Assembly (NCBI GenBank): GCA_002869315.1
Contig: PKTD01000107.1
Span: 7,910 to 71,909, forward strand
Direction: 5' to 3'
From: Marinilabiliales bacterium
GTDB lineage: Bacteria > Bacteroidota > Bacteroidia > Bacteroidales > F082
DNA length: 64,000 nt
Made by a program: the position numbers and the translations under genes. Below are positions 41,925 to 50,851 of the stretch, piece after piece. Below the pieces are notes generated by a model. That model ran no database searches, had not been told where the DNA came from, and saw only the letters and a program-made list of their open reading frames with translations. Each line of letters starts with the position of its first letter. Position 1 is the first letter of the stretch.

Positions 41925-42326
41925 ATGCTCGATTACGATCCTAAAGTTTTAATGGCATTTGGAGAAACCTTCACTGAAGAAAAAGGAGAATTTCTGAACT
42001 GGCTTCTGGAAAATGGTTACCCTGAACTAGCTGCACTTTCAAGTGGTATCAGAGGGAGTAATGAGGCTGTAGCATGGCTGTTTAAAAACAGATATCCTCA
42101 CTTTGCAGCATTCGACAATGCTGTGGGAGGAAGTGTTGAAGCTTATAGATGGCTTATCGACAATGAACATAATTTGCTAGCTGCCTTGGTAGAAGCCATT
42201 AATAATGATACTGCTGCCTTGGCATGGTTTAAAAATAATGATCTGGAAATATTTATTCATCTTTCACGAAAAATAAGAAATTTCCGCGAAGGACAAACTT
42301 TTGACTACCATAAGCTACATTTTTAG
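41925..42326 (+). CDS. hypothetical protein built from four ~25-aa helical repeats
   Basis: 133 aa. Repeats: GEFLNWLLENGYPELAALSSGIRGS / NEAVAWLFKNRYPHFAAFDNAVGGS / VEAYRWLIDNEHNLLAALVEAINND / TAALAWFKNNDLEIFIHLSRKIRNF. I do not recognise the family. Confidence 0.5.
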   Translation: MLDYDPKVLMAFGETFTEEKGEFLNWLLENGYPELAALSSGIRGSNEAVAWLFKNRYPHFAAFDNAVGGSVEAYRWLIDNEHNLLAALVEAINNDTAALAWFKNNDLEIFIHLSRKIRNFREGQTFDYHKLHF

Positions 42327-42335
42327 ACCTGTTTT

Positions 42336-42710
42336 CTAGTGAGGGTCATTACCCTTTTTACAGCATTCAGGTAAAGCATTATATGCTTTCTGGTCTGCTG
42401 GCAAATCATCAGCATCATAACCAACTTTGGTAATTGCTTTTTTAAGGTTTTCCTTATTGTTTTTACCCTTCTTAAATTTTATTTTAAGAATTTTGGTTTC
42501 ATCATCTAGTTCAACCGATTTTACACCCTTTTCAAAAGCAATATCATGTTCCAGCCTGTCCTTACATTGGCCACAGATAGCGGAAGTTTGAATTTCAACT
42601 ACCTCATACTTTTTATCCTTTTTATCATTCTTTTTAACTTCCTGGGCTGAAATAGAATTAATGATAAGAAAAGAAAGAATCATTGTTAGAAATGTTATTT
42701 TAGTTTTCAT
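42336..42710 (-). CDS. secreted heavy-metal-associated (HMA) domain protein
   Basis: 124 aa. Signal peptide ...INSISA|QEV. HMA fold with CGQC in place of the canonical MxCxxC. Cys-rich tail PECCKKGNDPH. Confidence 0.7.
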   Translation of the reverse strand: MKTKITFLTMILSFLIINSISAQEVKKNDKKDKKYEVVEIQTSAICGQCKDRLEHDIAFEKGVKSVELDDETKILKIKFKKGKNNKENLKKAITKVGYDADDLPADQKAYNALPECCKKGNDPH

Positions 42711-42743
42711 GATATTAAATATTTAATTATTTATTATTTTATT

Positions 42744-44966
42744 TCAATTTTTGTGTTCAATATTAAACCTAAAGCCAGCATATACCTGAATTCCTGATAC
42801 TGGTCCCCAAATTATTGAAGAATCAAAATATTCCCCAAAAGGATCATCAGAGGCAATTATTGGATTTTCCTGGCGGTAGTTTGTTAGATTTTCAGCCCCT
42901 AAATAGATTTCCCATTTATCTAAAAATCTGGTAATTTGAGCATTCATTATAAAATATGCAGGCGACATTTTTTCTAGCTGATACTCTTCAGGATTAAAAT
43001 CAGTATTAGGTAAACGCTGGTCCCCATTAAACTGAGTATTTAAATCAATTTGCCATTGCCTATGAGGAGTTTGGTACGACATAGATATCAGGCCTTTGTA
43101 TTTGTTTACCATAGGCTTCTCCATAAAATTATTATTTATGGTGGTTTTTACATCATTATATCTGAAGGCTAAACTTAGTTGAAAATTCTTTAGTAGTTCA
43201 TAAGAGGCTTCTACTTGGAAACTATTTGAACGGGATTTTCCATCTAAGTTATATACATAAACAGTGTTTGAATTTTGCTCTCTATCAATAATTACCTGAT
43301 TTTGAAACTGAGTATGGAAAAAGTCGGCAGTTAAAACCAACTCTCTTGCACTAATATCAATATACTTGGTATAACTAAATCCAAAATTCCATGATGACTC
43401 AATTTTTAAATCTTCAAGAAAAACGAATTTTCTGGAACTAGCCAATATTGAGGTGTTTTCAGCAATTACAATTGCCGATCTATAGCCTCTTCCACCACTA
43501 GCACGAATAATATTATGTTCGTTTATATTGTATTTGGCATGTAGTCTGGGAGTAAATAATAATCCATATAAATTATTATAATCCAGCCGCAATCCTGCAA
43601 TTAGATTAAAACTTCTGTTTTTTGAATAATTATATTGTACAAATGCTCCGGAAATTGTTTCATGTCTATTAAATATACTATCATTTAAATCCTCATAATA
43701 ATTATCCAGATTATAACTAATGCCACTTGTAAATTGGTGTTTAGAATTTATGAGCCACGACTGTATCATAAGATTGCTGTAGAAGGAGTATTGCTTAGCG
43801 TCGTAATTATTTAGACCAAAATAAGATGTTTGATCATGTATGATAAACTGGTTTTGAAAGCCCCAACTGCTATTAACTCTGTTTTTGAATATATAACCTA
43901 TTTTGGCAAAGGCTTCAAGTCGGTTCGTTTTTACCCCAATACCATAGGGGTTGTCATCAGTTCTATCCATAGTCTTTTGGAAATCAATCTGACCACCTAA
44001 CCTTTCTTCAGAGAGATATTTTATGCCAAATTGTGATCTAAGGTTTTTCCCTTTATATTTCCATCTGTTAAATACATTTACCTGACTGATCAATGGCATA
44101 TCAAGAAACTTATCACCATTGAAATCGTGTCTGGAACCTATATATTCAGCATGAAGCAAAACCGCTGTACTCCATTTATCATTTAATTCGAAACGAGTAT
44201 TTAAATTAGTCTCAACTTTTCCATCCTTATTTCCATAGGCATTAATAAATAGTTTATCACCCTCATCGGGTTTTTTGTATTCTATATTAATTTGCCCTGC
44301 CATCGATTCATAGCCATTTATTACTGAGGATGTTCCTTTTGCTACTTGTATGGATTCCATCCAACTTCCGGGAACATACCCCAGTCCATAAGGAGTTGCC
44401 AATCCTCTAAAATTTGGAATATTTTCAGTGAGAAATTGAGTGTAAATTCCTGCTAAACCAAGTAGTTGTATTTGTTTTGCCCCGGTAACAGCATCACTAT
44501 AACTAACATCAACAGTTGCACTATTTTCAAAACTTTCCGACAAATTACAGCAGGCCGCTTTTTGTAATTCGCCCTCATTTATATTAATAATACCAAGTGT
44601 TTCAGTTCTGGAAACTACATTTCCACGCTGACGTGCATTAATTTGAACCTCATCAAGGCTTTGCAAGCCTTGTAAAGTAATATGCAAGTGGTCTGCGTGG
44701 TCTTGGTTTATAAAAACGGTATCATTCTGATAACTAATGAAACTCACAATAATATATTGAGGTTTATTTGGAATTAATTTCAATTTAAAATGCCCTGATT
44801 CATCAGAGATTGTTCCGTTTTGAGTATTTAATTGTATAATATTTGCACCTGTTAGAGGAAGCTTTTTACCATCTATATTTTCAAAAACACCTCCGGAAAC
44901 AGTTTGTGCTAATATTATTTGAATTTGCATAAAAATTATGCAAATAATAAAAATGTACTTTTTCAT
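42744..44966 (-). CDS. TonB-dependent receptor with N-terminal carboxypeptidase-regulatory-like domain
   Basis: 740 aa. Signal peptide ...QIILA|QTV. CarbopepD_reg-like segment (GANIIQLNTQNGTISDESGHFKLKL), plug and beta-barrel. Ends at TGA. Confidence 0.85.
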   Translation of the reverse strand: MKKYIFIICIIFMQIQIILAQTVSGGVFENIDGKKLPLTGANIIQLNTQNGTISDESGHFKLKLIPNKPQYIIVSFISYQNDTVFINQDHADHLHITLQGLQSLDEVQINARQRGNVVSRTETLGIININEGELQKAACCNLSESFENSATVDVSYSDAVTGAKQIQLLGLAGIYTQFLTENIPNFRGLATPYGLGYVPGSWMESIQVAKGTSSVINGYESMAGQINIEYKKPDEGDKLFINAYGNKDGKVETNLNTRFELNDKWSTAVLLHAEYIGSRHDFNGDKFLDMPLISQVNVFNRWKYKGKNLRSQFGIKYLSEERLGGQIDFQKTMDRTDDNPYGIGVKTNRLEAFAKIGYIFKNRVNSSWGFQNQFIIHDQTSYFGLNNYDAKQYSFYSNLMIQSWLINSKHQFTSGISYNLDNYYEDLNDSIFNRHETISGAFVQYNYSKNRSFNLIAGLRLDYNNLYGLLFTPRLHAKYNINEHNIIRASGGRGYRSAIVIAENTSILASSRKFVFLEDLKIESSWNFGFSYTKYIDISARELVLTADFFHTQFQNQVIIDREQNSNTVYVYNLDGKSRSNSFQVEASYELLKNFQLSLAFRYNDVKTTINNNFMEKPMVNKYKGLISMSYQTPHRQWQIDLNTQFNGDQRLPNTDFNPEEYQLEKMSPAYFIMNAQITRFLDKWEIYLGAENLTNYRQENPIIASDDPFGEYFDSSIIWGPVSGIQVYAGFRFNIEHKN

Positions 44967-45166
44967 AAATTCTTATTTATTAATTATGGAAAATAATTTT
45001 ACTGTATAAAAACAGTTGCTAACTAAGAATTATGTAAAGGATTGGGTTCGGTTTTTAAGTTACTTATAATCAAGAGTAAAGATTTACCCCATTTGAAATT
45101 TGTTTCTTCGGGTTTGTGTATAGTTATATAATCAAATAAGAATAATTTATAAATATTAAAATCAAA

Positions 45167-45499
45167 TTATTCAAAAAAAAAATCATAAACAGGCTTTACC
45201 TTAGTAATTTGCTTGTTTAGGTCAAATATAACCGAAAGTTTAAAATTTTGTTCTGTGGTATTGCAACAGTCAGTGTCTTCACAATGTGTAACTCCTGGAT
45301 TTGTTTGCATAGCACAACATGCATTTTTATTAGGCATTTCATCGCCCTTATGACAATTGTCGGCCATTTCCTGGAAAATGCTACTGTCATTTAAACCCGA
45401 TTTTTTGCAGAAATGTGAATACACTTTAAATCCGCTCATCGACAATATCATTATGAAAATGAGAAAAAAAGACGTTATATTTCGTATTAAAACCCGCAT
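45167..45499 (-). CDS. small membrane-anchored Cys/His-rich protein (resembles the Bacteroidota HYC_CC_PP-type proteins found next to TonB receptors)
   Basis: About 110 aa from the ATG at 45499. One TM helix, then SHFCKK, NCHKGDE, ACCAMQ and HCEDTDCCNT. Confidence 0.5.
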   Translation of the reverse strand: MRVLIRNITSFFLIFIMILSMSGFKVYSHFCKKSGLNDSSIFQEMADNCHKGDEMPNKNACCAMQTNPGVTHCEDTDCCNTTEQNFKLSVIFDLNKQITKVKPVYDFFFE

Positions 45500-45653
45500 A
45501 ATTATCAAAGTGTAAAATTACATAACTGTTGTATTGATAATGTTAATTAATTGTTAAAATCATAATTAATAGTTGTATTTATAAATTAAGCTAAATTCAG
45601 AACATACTATGTTATTTTAAGTTTAAGTCAATAAATTGTACCATTAATTTTAT

Positions 45654-45661
45654 TAAATTTG
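45654..45661 (+). promoter_or_regulatory. candidate -7 promoter box (TAAATTTG)
   Basis: TAnnTTTG match 24 nt upstream of the ATG at 45686. Confidence 0.3.
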
Positions 45662-45685
45662 GTACCCTAAAATTTAAATGAGAAA

Positions 45686-46459
45686 ATGGATTATAGTATA
45701 CTAAAAAAAGAGTTAATTGATAATATTGCAATTATCACAATTAGCAGGCCTAAAGCTCTTAACGCCCTAAATACTTTGTTTTTTAATGAAATGGATTCCA
45801 TGGTAGCAGAATTGTCGAAAGACAAGAATGTTAAAGTAATAATTATTACTGGTGATGGCAAAGCATTTGTTGCTGGGGCAGATATTGCTGAAATGGTAGA
45901 CAAAAATTCACAGCAAGGTTCTGAATTTTCGCGATTAGGTCAAAATACTTTTCGCAGTTTTGGGGAGTTAGATATTCCGGTGATAGCGGCTATAAATGGA
46001 TTTGCCCTAGGTGGAGGACTTGAGTTAGCGATGGGATGTGATTTTCGTATCGCAAGTACCAAGGCTAAATTCGGACAGCCTGAAGTTAATTTAGGCCTTA
46101 TTCCAGGTTATGCAGGAACCCAAAGATTAAGTCGCCTTGTGGGAATGGGTGATGCATTATATTTACTAATGACTGCTGATATGATAAATGCCGACGATGC
46201 ATTAAGGATAGGCCTGGTACAAAAAGTGTTTGAACCTGAAGAACTCATGGAAGAATGTATGAAAATTGCAAAAAATATAGCATCCAAAGGCCCTTTGGCT
46301 ATTAAAAAAGTAAAATCAGTTGTCAGGAATGGCCTTGAAATGGGACAAATTATAGCAGAGGAACTAGAAGCTAAAGAGTTTGGAACATTATTCGGCGATA
46401 ATAGTGAAGGAAAAGAGGGTATGAAAGCCTTTTTGGAAAAGAGAAAACCACAATGGTAA
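45686..46459 (+). CDS. enoyl-CoA hydratase (crotonase family)
   Basis: 257 aa. FVAGADIAEM and INGFALGGGLELAMGCDFRIA motifs. Confidence 0.85.
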   Translation: MDYSILKKELIDNIAIITISRPKALNALNTLFFNEMDSMVAELSKDKNVKVIIITGDGKAFVAGADIAEMVDKNSQQGSEFSRLGQNTFRSFGELDIPVIAAINGFALGGGLELAMGCDFRIASTKAKFGQPEVNLGLIPGYAGTQRLSRLVGMGDALYLLMTADMINADDALRIGLVQKVFEPEELMEECMKIAKNIASKGPLAIKKVKSVVRNGLEMGQIIAEELEAKEFGTLFGDNSEGKEGMKAFLEKRKPQW

Positions 46460-46495
46460 AATTTTGAAAATTTACAATCAATAAAATAATATAAA

Positions 46496-47839
46496 ATGAC
46501 ATACGAAGACAGATTACAAAATGTATCGGTTTTAGGCGCTGCCGGAAAAATGGGTAGCGGTATACTACTGCTTACGGCTGTTGAAATGGCAGATATTAGC
46601 CTTAAACCGGAAAATAAAGGAAAATCTTTTGTTCTCAATGCAATTGATGTTTCTCCTGAAGGACTCTCAGGTTTGATGAAATACTTGAGGGCTCAAATAA
46701 GAAAAGTTGCAGAAAAGAAAACTGTGTTATTACGTAAACTCTACGCTGATCGTGATGATTTAATTGAAAACTACGACATTATTGATGAGTATATTTTCGA
46801 TGTAATGAATATTGTAAGACCGGTAACTACTATGGCTGCTGCCTACCAGTCTACTTTAGTATTTGAAGCAGTAAGCGAAAACAGAGATCTTAAAGTTAAA
46901 TTACTGAGCGACATTGATAATAACAATGAAAAAGGAGCATGGTACTTTACCAATACTTCCTCTGTTCCAATAAATTTAATAGAGAAAGAAGCAAAACTGG
47001 AGGGGCGGATATTAGGCTTTCACTTTTATAATCCACCTGCTGTTCAACGCCTTGTGGAACTTATTGTAACTGAAAAAACAATGGATGAGGTTGAAAATTT
47101 TGCTAAAGATTATGCTAAAAATCTAAAGAAGATAATAGTTCCATCAAACGATTTTGCAGGTTTTATTGGTAATGGTCATTTTATGCGTGATGCTCTTCAT
47201 GGCATAAGTGAAGCAAAAGCCCTTGCAGAAGAGAAGAATATTCCTCTATACAAAGCAATTTATATTATTAATAAAATTACTCAGGATTACCTTGTACGTC
47301 CAATGGGTATTTTTCAATTAATCGACTATGTTGGAATTGACGTGGTGCAATTTATTCTTAATGTAATGAATCCATTTGTTAGCGATGAAGACTTGCATAG
47401 TGATGTGCTTGATAAACTGATGCTTCAAGGTGTTAAAGGTGGACAATTGTCCAGTGGCGCTCAAAAAGATGGATTTATGAAATATAAAAGCGGAAGAATA
47501 GTTGCCGTTTGGGATATGCATAAACAAACTTATGTGGAAACTGAAAAGTTTCAGGATGAGTGTAACGAAATGATGGGAGAACTACCTTCATCTGCTGTTG
47601 CCTGGAAATCTATTCTAAGAAATAAGAAGAAAGACGATTTACTTGCTGCTTTTTTCAATGATTTGAAGAGTTCATCTGATTTAGGATCTTCAATTGCTGT
47701 AAAATACGGTCGCCGTTCAAAAGCGATAGGTGAAAAACTGGTAACTGACAATGTGGCTAACGAAACCGATCATGTTAATACTGTTATGCTAACAGGATTT
47801 TTCCATGCTTATGGCCCGGTAAATAACTTTTTTGATTAA
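46496..47839 (+). CDS. 3-hydroxyacyl-CoA dehydrogenase family protein (atypically long, 447 aa)
   Basis: N-terminal NAD-binding motif VSVLGAAGKMGSG. Central FHFYNPPAVQRLVEL is typical of 3HCDH enzymes. Extra C-terminal ~130 aa. Confidence 0.7.
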   Translation: MTYEDRLQNVSVLGAAGKMGSGILLLTAVEMADISLKPENKGKSFVLNAIDVSPEGLSGLMKYLRAQIRKVAEKKTVLLRKLYADRDDLIENYDIIDEYIFDVMNIVRPVTTMAAAYQSTLVFEAVSENRDLKVKLLSDIDNNNEKGAWYFTNTSSVPINLIEKEAKLEGRILGFHFYNPPAVQRLVELIVTEKTMDEVENFAKDYAKNLKKIIVPSNDFAGFIGNGHFMRDALHGISEAKALAEEKNIPLYKAIYIINKITQDYLVRPMGIFQLIDYVGIDVVQFILNVMNPFVSDEDLHSDVLDKLMLQGVKGGQLSSGAQKDGFMKYKSGRIVAVWDMHKQTYVETEKFQDECNEMMGELPSSAVAWKSILRNKKKDDLLAAFFNDLKSSSDLGSSIAVKYGRRSKAIGEKLVTDNVANETDHVNTVMLTGFFHAYGPVNNFFD

Positions 47840-47857
47840 TCTTTAAAAATTAAAACA

Positions 47858-49093
47858 ATGAGAAAAAAAATATATATGGCAGCCGGTTTTAATACTGTTT
47901 CTATGGGTACAGGACGTAAGGAATTCAATCCTAAGAAAGCACGTCCTGGTTTGGAATATTATTTTAAAGAAGCCGGTCAGGGCACTATCAAACAAATAGG
48001 GGATGCCGACAAAATTGATGAGATTTCCATTGGTAATTTTATGGCAGCACGTTTTAATAAACAGGCTAACTTACCAGGATTTGCAGCTTATATAGATGAT
48101 AAACTACAATGGAAACCTTCAATTAGTGTTGAGGGTGCCTGCGGTTCCGGAGGATTGTCATTAATGTATGGAATCAGGTCGGTACTTGCCGAAACCGCTG
48201 ATGTTGTATTATCTATGGGTATAGAAGTACAAAACACAGTAAAAGCAATTTATGGTGCCGATATTTTGGCTGGTGCCGGATGGTATCAAAAAAGAAAGAA
48301 TGGTCATGCTTACTTTTTCCCCGGACAGTTTAGTGACAGGGCGGGAGCATACTATGAAAAAGTGGGAATGGACAAAGCCAGAGCAGGAATGAAACAATGG
48401 TTTATTAATGCAATGGAAAATGCACGTTTGGACCCTACTGCACAGGAATTCCATAATAAAGTGCCTGACCTGTCTGCACTTTATGATAAGTTCAGACCAA
48501 ATGGTGCTGCTTTTGTGGATAATTTAACTGTTCTCGATTGCTCGAAAGTATCTGACGGTGCATCATCTATCTTAATATGCTCCGAGGAAGGACTTGAAAA
48601 ATTAGGAATAGATAAGAAAGATGCTGTAGAAGTAGTTGGTTTTGGGCATGTAGTTAGAAATATTACAAATGATCCGGAGGATCTTACAGAACTTAAAACT
48701 ATTAAAAAAGCCGCACATAAAGCAATGGAAAATGCAGGAGTAAGCATTAATGATATAGGTACAATAGAAACTCACGACTGTTTTTCAATTGCTGGAATAC
48801 TGGCAACAGAAGCCCTTGGCCTTGCCCCTGATGGCGGTGGTGCAGATTACGTTGCTGCAGGAAATACAGCAAGAGATGGTGCTATGCCAATGAATACTAC
48901 TGGCGGACTAATTGGTTGGGGACATCCAACTGGAGGAACAGGTGTACATCAGGCTGTTACTATTTGGCAACAGTTAACCGGGAAAGCCGGTGATGCACAG
49001 ATAAATATTTCAGATGATCGGCCTTACGGAATGACCATCAATATGGGTGGTGATGATGTAACTGTAGTTTCAATAGTATATAAAAAGCCTTAG
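47858..49093 (+). CDS. thiolase-fold protein (SCP-x / archaeal-type acetyl-CoA acetyltransferase-like)
   Basis: 411 aa. Active-site region VEGACGSGG. C-terminal HDCF and GGLIGWGHPTGGTG motifs. Confidence 0.7.
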   Translation: MRKKIYMAAGFNTVSMGTGRKEFNPKKARPGLEYYFKEAGQGTIKQIGDADKIDEISIGNFMAARFNKQANLPGFAAYIDDKLQWKPSISVEGACGSGGLSLMYGIRSVLAETADVVLSMGIEVQNTVKAIYGADILAGAGWYQKRKNGHAYFFPGQFSDRAGAYYEKVGMDKARAGMKQWFINAMENARLDPTAQEFHNKVPDLSALYDKFRPNGAAFVDNLTVLDCSKVSDGASSILICSEEGLEKLGIDKKDAVEVVGFGHVVRNITNDPEDLTELKTIKKAAHKAMENAGVSINDIGTIETHDCFSIAGILATEALGLAPDGGGADYVAAGNTARDGAMPMNTTGGLIGWGHPTGGTGVHQAVTIWQQLTGKAGDAQINISDDRPYGMTINMGGDDVTVVSIVYKKP

Positions 49094-49115
49094 GCTTTAA
49101 TAGATAATAATGTTG

Positions 49116-49160
49116 AACCCCTTCTCGTTTAAAACCTGAAGGGGTTTTTTTGTTTTTTTT
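49116..49160 (+). terminator. rho-independent terminator
   Basis: Stem AACCCCTTC (49116-49124) / GAAGGGGTT (49138-49146), followed by a long interrupted T-run. Confidence 0.7.
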
Positions 49161-49162
49161 AT

Positions 49163-49570
49163 CTAATCATTACTAATTATACTTACTGCAATACTCCTGC
49201 TTTGTCGAGGACCATCGAATTCACAAAAGAAAATATTCTGCCAGGTTGATAAGCCAAGTTTGCCATCTATTATTGGGATAGTCTCTGATGGGCCTATAAT
49301 TCCTGCTTTTAGATGTGAATCTCCATTACCATCCTGTTTGTCGTGCAGCCATACTCCTTCGGGAATTAATTTTCTTAATAGCTTAACTACATCTGTCTGC
49401 ACAGATTCATCACAGTTTTCCTGTATCATTATAGCTGCTGTTGCACCCTGGGCATAAATATTTAAAAGCCCATTTCTTATTTTGCTACTACTTAATATTC
49501 TTTCAACATCAGTAGTAATATCGAACAGGCCTTCTCTGCAATTTGTTGATATAGTTATAATTTGATGCAT
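49163..49570 (-). CDS. yjbQ: YjbQ/UPF0047 family protein (secondary thiamine-phosphate synthase enzyme)
   Basis: 135 aa from the ATG at 49570 (the track start is a TTG extension). Motifs SHLKAGIIGPSETIPIIDGKLGLSTWQNIFFCEFDGPR. Confidence 0.75.
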   Translation of the reverse strand: MHQIITISTNCREGLFDITTDVERILSSSKIRNGLLNIYAQGATAAIMIQENCDESVQTDVVKLLRKLIPEGVWLHDKQDGNGDSHLKAGIIGPSETIPIIDGKLGLSTWQNIFFCEFDGPRQSRSIAVSIISND

Positions 49571-49743
49571 ATTATTGTTTTTTTGTAAAGATATAAAAAC
49601 CAATAAAATTTAATATTGACGCATAAAATCCACAAACTTATAAATTAGGTTTCTGAAGTTACAGTTACATATTTTTAAAAATATTTTCCTGATTGCGACC
49701 CTTTAGTATTTGTATTGTCATTATATTGCATGAAAGCTTAAAA

Positions 49744-50298
49744 GTGGCAGTAAAGCAATACGACATACATAAGAATTTAATTGTAGAAAGTGTAAAGGGA
49801 AATCGTAAATCCCAATACAAGCTTTATGAACTCTATTCAGGAGCAATGTTTAATATCTGCTACCGAATGATGAATAGCAGGGAAGAGGCAGAAGATTTAC
49901 TACAAGAAGCTTTTACTGAGGCCTTTTTGAAGATGCATACATTTCGTTTCGAATCCAGTTTTGGAGCCTGGATAAAAAGAATAGTTGTAAACAAATGTAT
50001 TAATGAAATTAAAAGAAGAAAAGCCGATTTGGAATTTTGTGAAGATATAGGAAAGTTTGGTGAAAAAGAAGATATCGATGATAAAATACCGGGATTAAGT
50101 GTTGAGAATATAAAGAATGCAATGAAGGAATTACCCAATGGTAGCAAAGTTATTTTCCAACTTTATTTACTTGAAGGTTATGATCACAAAGAAATATCAC
50201 AAATACTCGGTGTAAGTGAGTCGAACTCAAAATCTCAATATATGAGAGCGAAAAGAAGAATTAGAGAAATTTTAAAAGATAAAGTATATGAAATCTGA
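49744..50298 (+). CDS. ECF-type RNA polymerase sigma-70 factor
   Basis: Region 2 (EDLLQEAFTEAF...WIKRIVVNKCIN) and region 4 (GYDHKEISQILGVSESNSKSQYMRAKRRI). No in-frame ATG near the 5' end. The start is GTG 49744 or TTG 49726, and this remains uncertain. The TGA stop overlaps the next ATG (ATGAAATCTGA). Confidence 0.75.
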   Translation: MAVKQYDIHKNLIVESVKGNRKSQYKLYELYSGAMFNICYRMMNSREEAEDLLQEAFTEAFLKMHTFRFESSFGAWIKRIVVNKCINEIKRRKADLEFCEDIGKFGEKEDIDDKIPGLSVENIKNAMKELPNGSKVIFQLYLLEGYDHKEISQILGVSESNSKSQYMRAKRRIREILKDKVYEI

Positions 50299-50851
50299 TA
50301 AGCTTGAGCAATTTGTACTTGATAACCGTGATGGTTTTGATGATTTAAAACCATCCGAAAATCTATGGGCTAAGATAGAGCAGGATTTACCAGCAGTTAA
50401 GGAGAAAAAATTATCCATAACAACAGTGTTGATGCGTGTTGCTGCAGTAGTTGTAATATTTATTTCATCATATTTTTTCCATGATTTTATGAATAATAAT
50501 GGTGAGAATAAACAACAGGCCAATATTCCTCAAAGTGAATCATTTAAAACCCTGGTTGAAGCAAAAATGTATTACTCATCGGAGATACAATTTAAAAAGC
50601 AGGAATTATTTCAACTTACTATTAATACCCCTGAAATTCAAAAAAGTATAAACGCTGAACTCGAAGAACTCGACAATTTATTTGTTCAGTTGAAAGAGGA
50701 TTTGGGTGATCAGGCAAACAATGATGAGGTTATAGAAGCAATGATACAGAATTACAGAATTAAACTTGAAATTCTAAATCAAATGCTTCAACAAATAAAG
50801 ACTAAAAACAGAAAAAATAATAATCATGAAGAAATTCATCATACATTATAA
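50288..50851 (+). CDS. putative anti-sigma factor (single-pass membrane protein)
   Basis: 187 aa, translationally coupled to the sigma gene. TM helix ITTVLMRVAAVVVIFISSYFF and a coiled-coil-like C-terminal region. Confidence 0.55.
   Translation: MKSDKLEQFVLDNRDGFDDLKPSENLWAKIEQDLPAVKEKKLSITTVLMRVAAVVVIFISSYFFHDFMNNNGENKQQANIPQSESFKTLVEAKMYYSSEIQFKKQELFQLTINTPEIQKSINAELEELDNLFVQLKEDLGDQANNDEVIEAMIQNYRIKLEILNQMLQQIKTKNRKNNNHEEIHHTL

Noticed and set aside
46108-46638. Long antisense or overlapping ORFs in the track, for example 46108-46638 (176 aa), 55230-55631 (133 aa), 31843-32190 (115 aa), 36574-36909 (111 aa), 63119-63622 (167 aa) and 12492-12803 (103 aa).
   Set aside because: Each lies entirely inside, and antisense to or out of frame with, a gene that has strong family motifs. 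Their translations are low-complexity, Ser/Ile/Phe-rich shadows typical of AT-rich genomes.
15832-50298. Wholesale genetic-code change (TGA = Gly, code 25) as the explanation for the in-frame TGAs.
   Set aside because: Four genes appear to terminate normally at TGA (15832-15834, 40550-40552, 42744-46 on the minus strand, 50296-50298). Only 4 in-frame TGAs occur in about fifty genes, against many GGN glycine codons. The two TAA events and the GGT->TGT missense change are left unexplained. The gene content (T9SS, beta-oxidation, B12 enzymes) is unlike the reduced lineages known to use code 25. Sparse or partial recoding is not excluded and is kept as a hypothesis in the findings.
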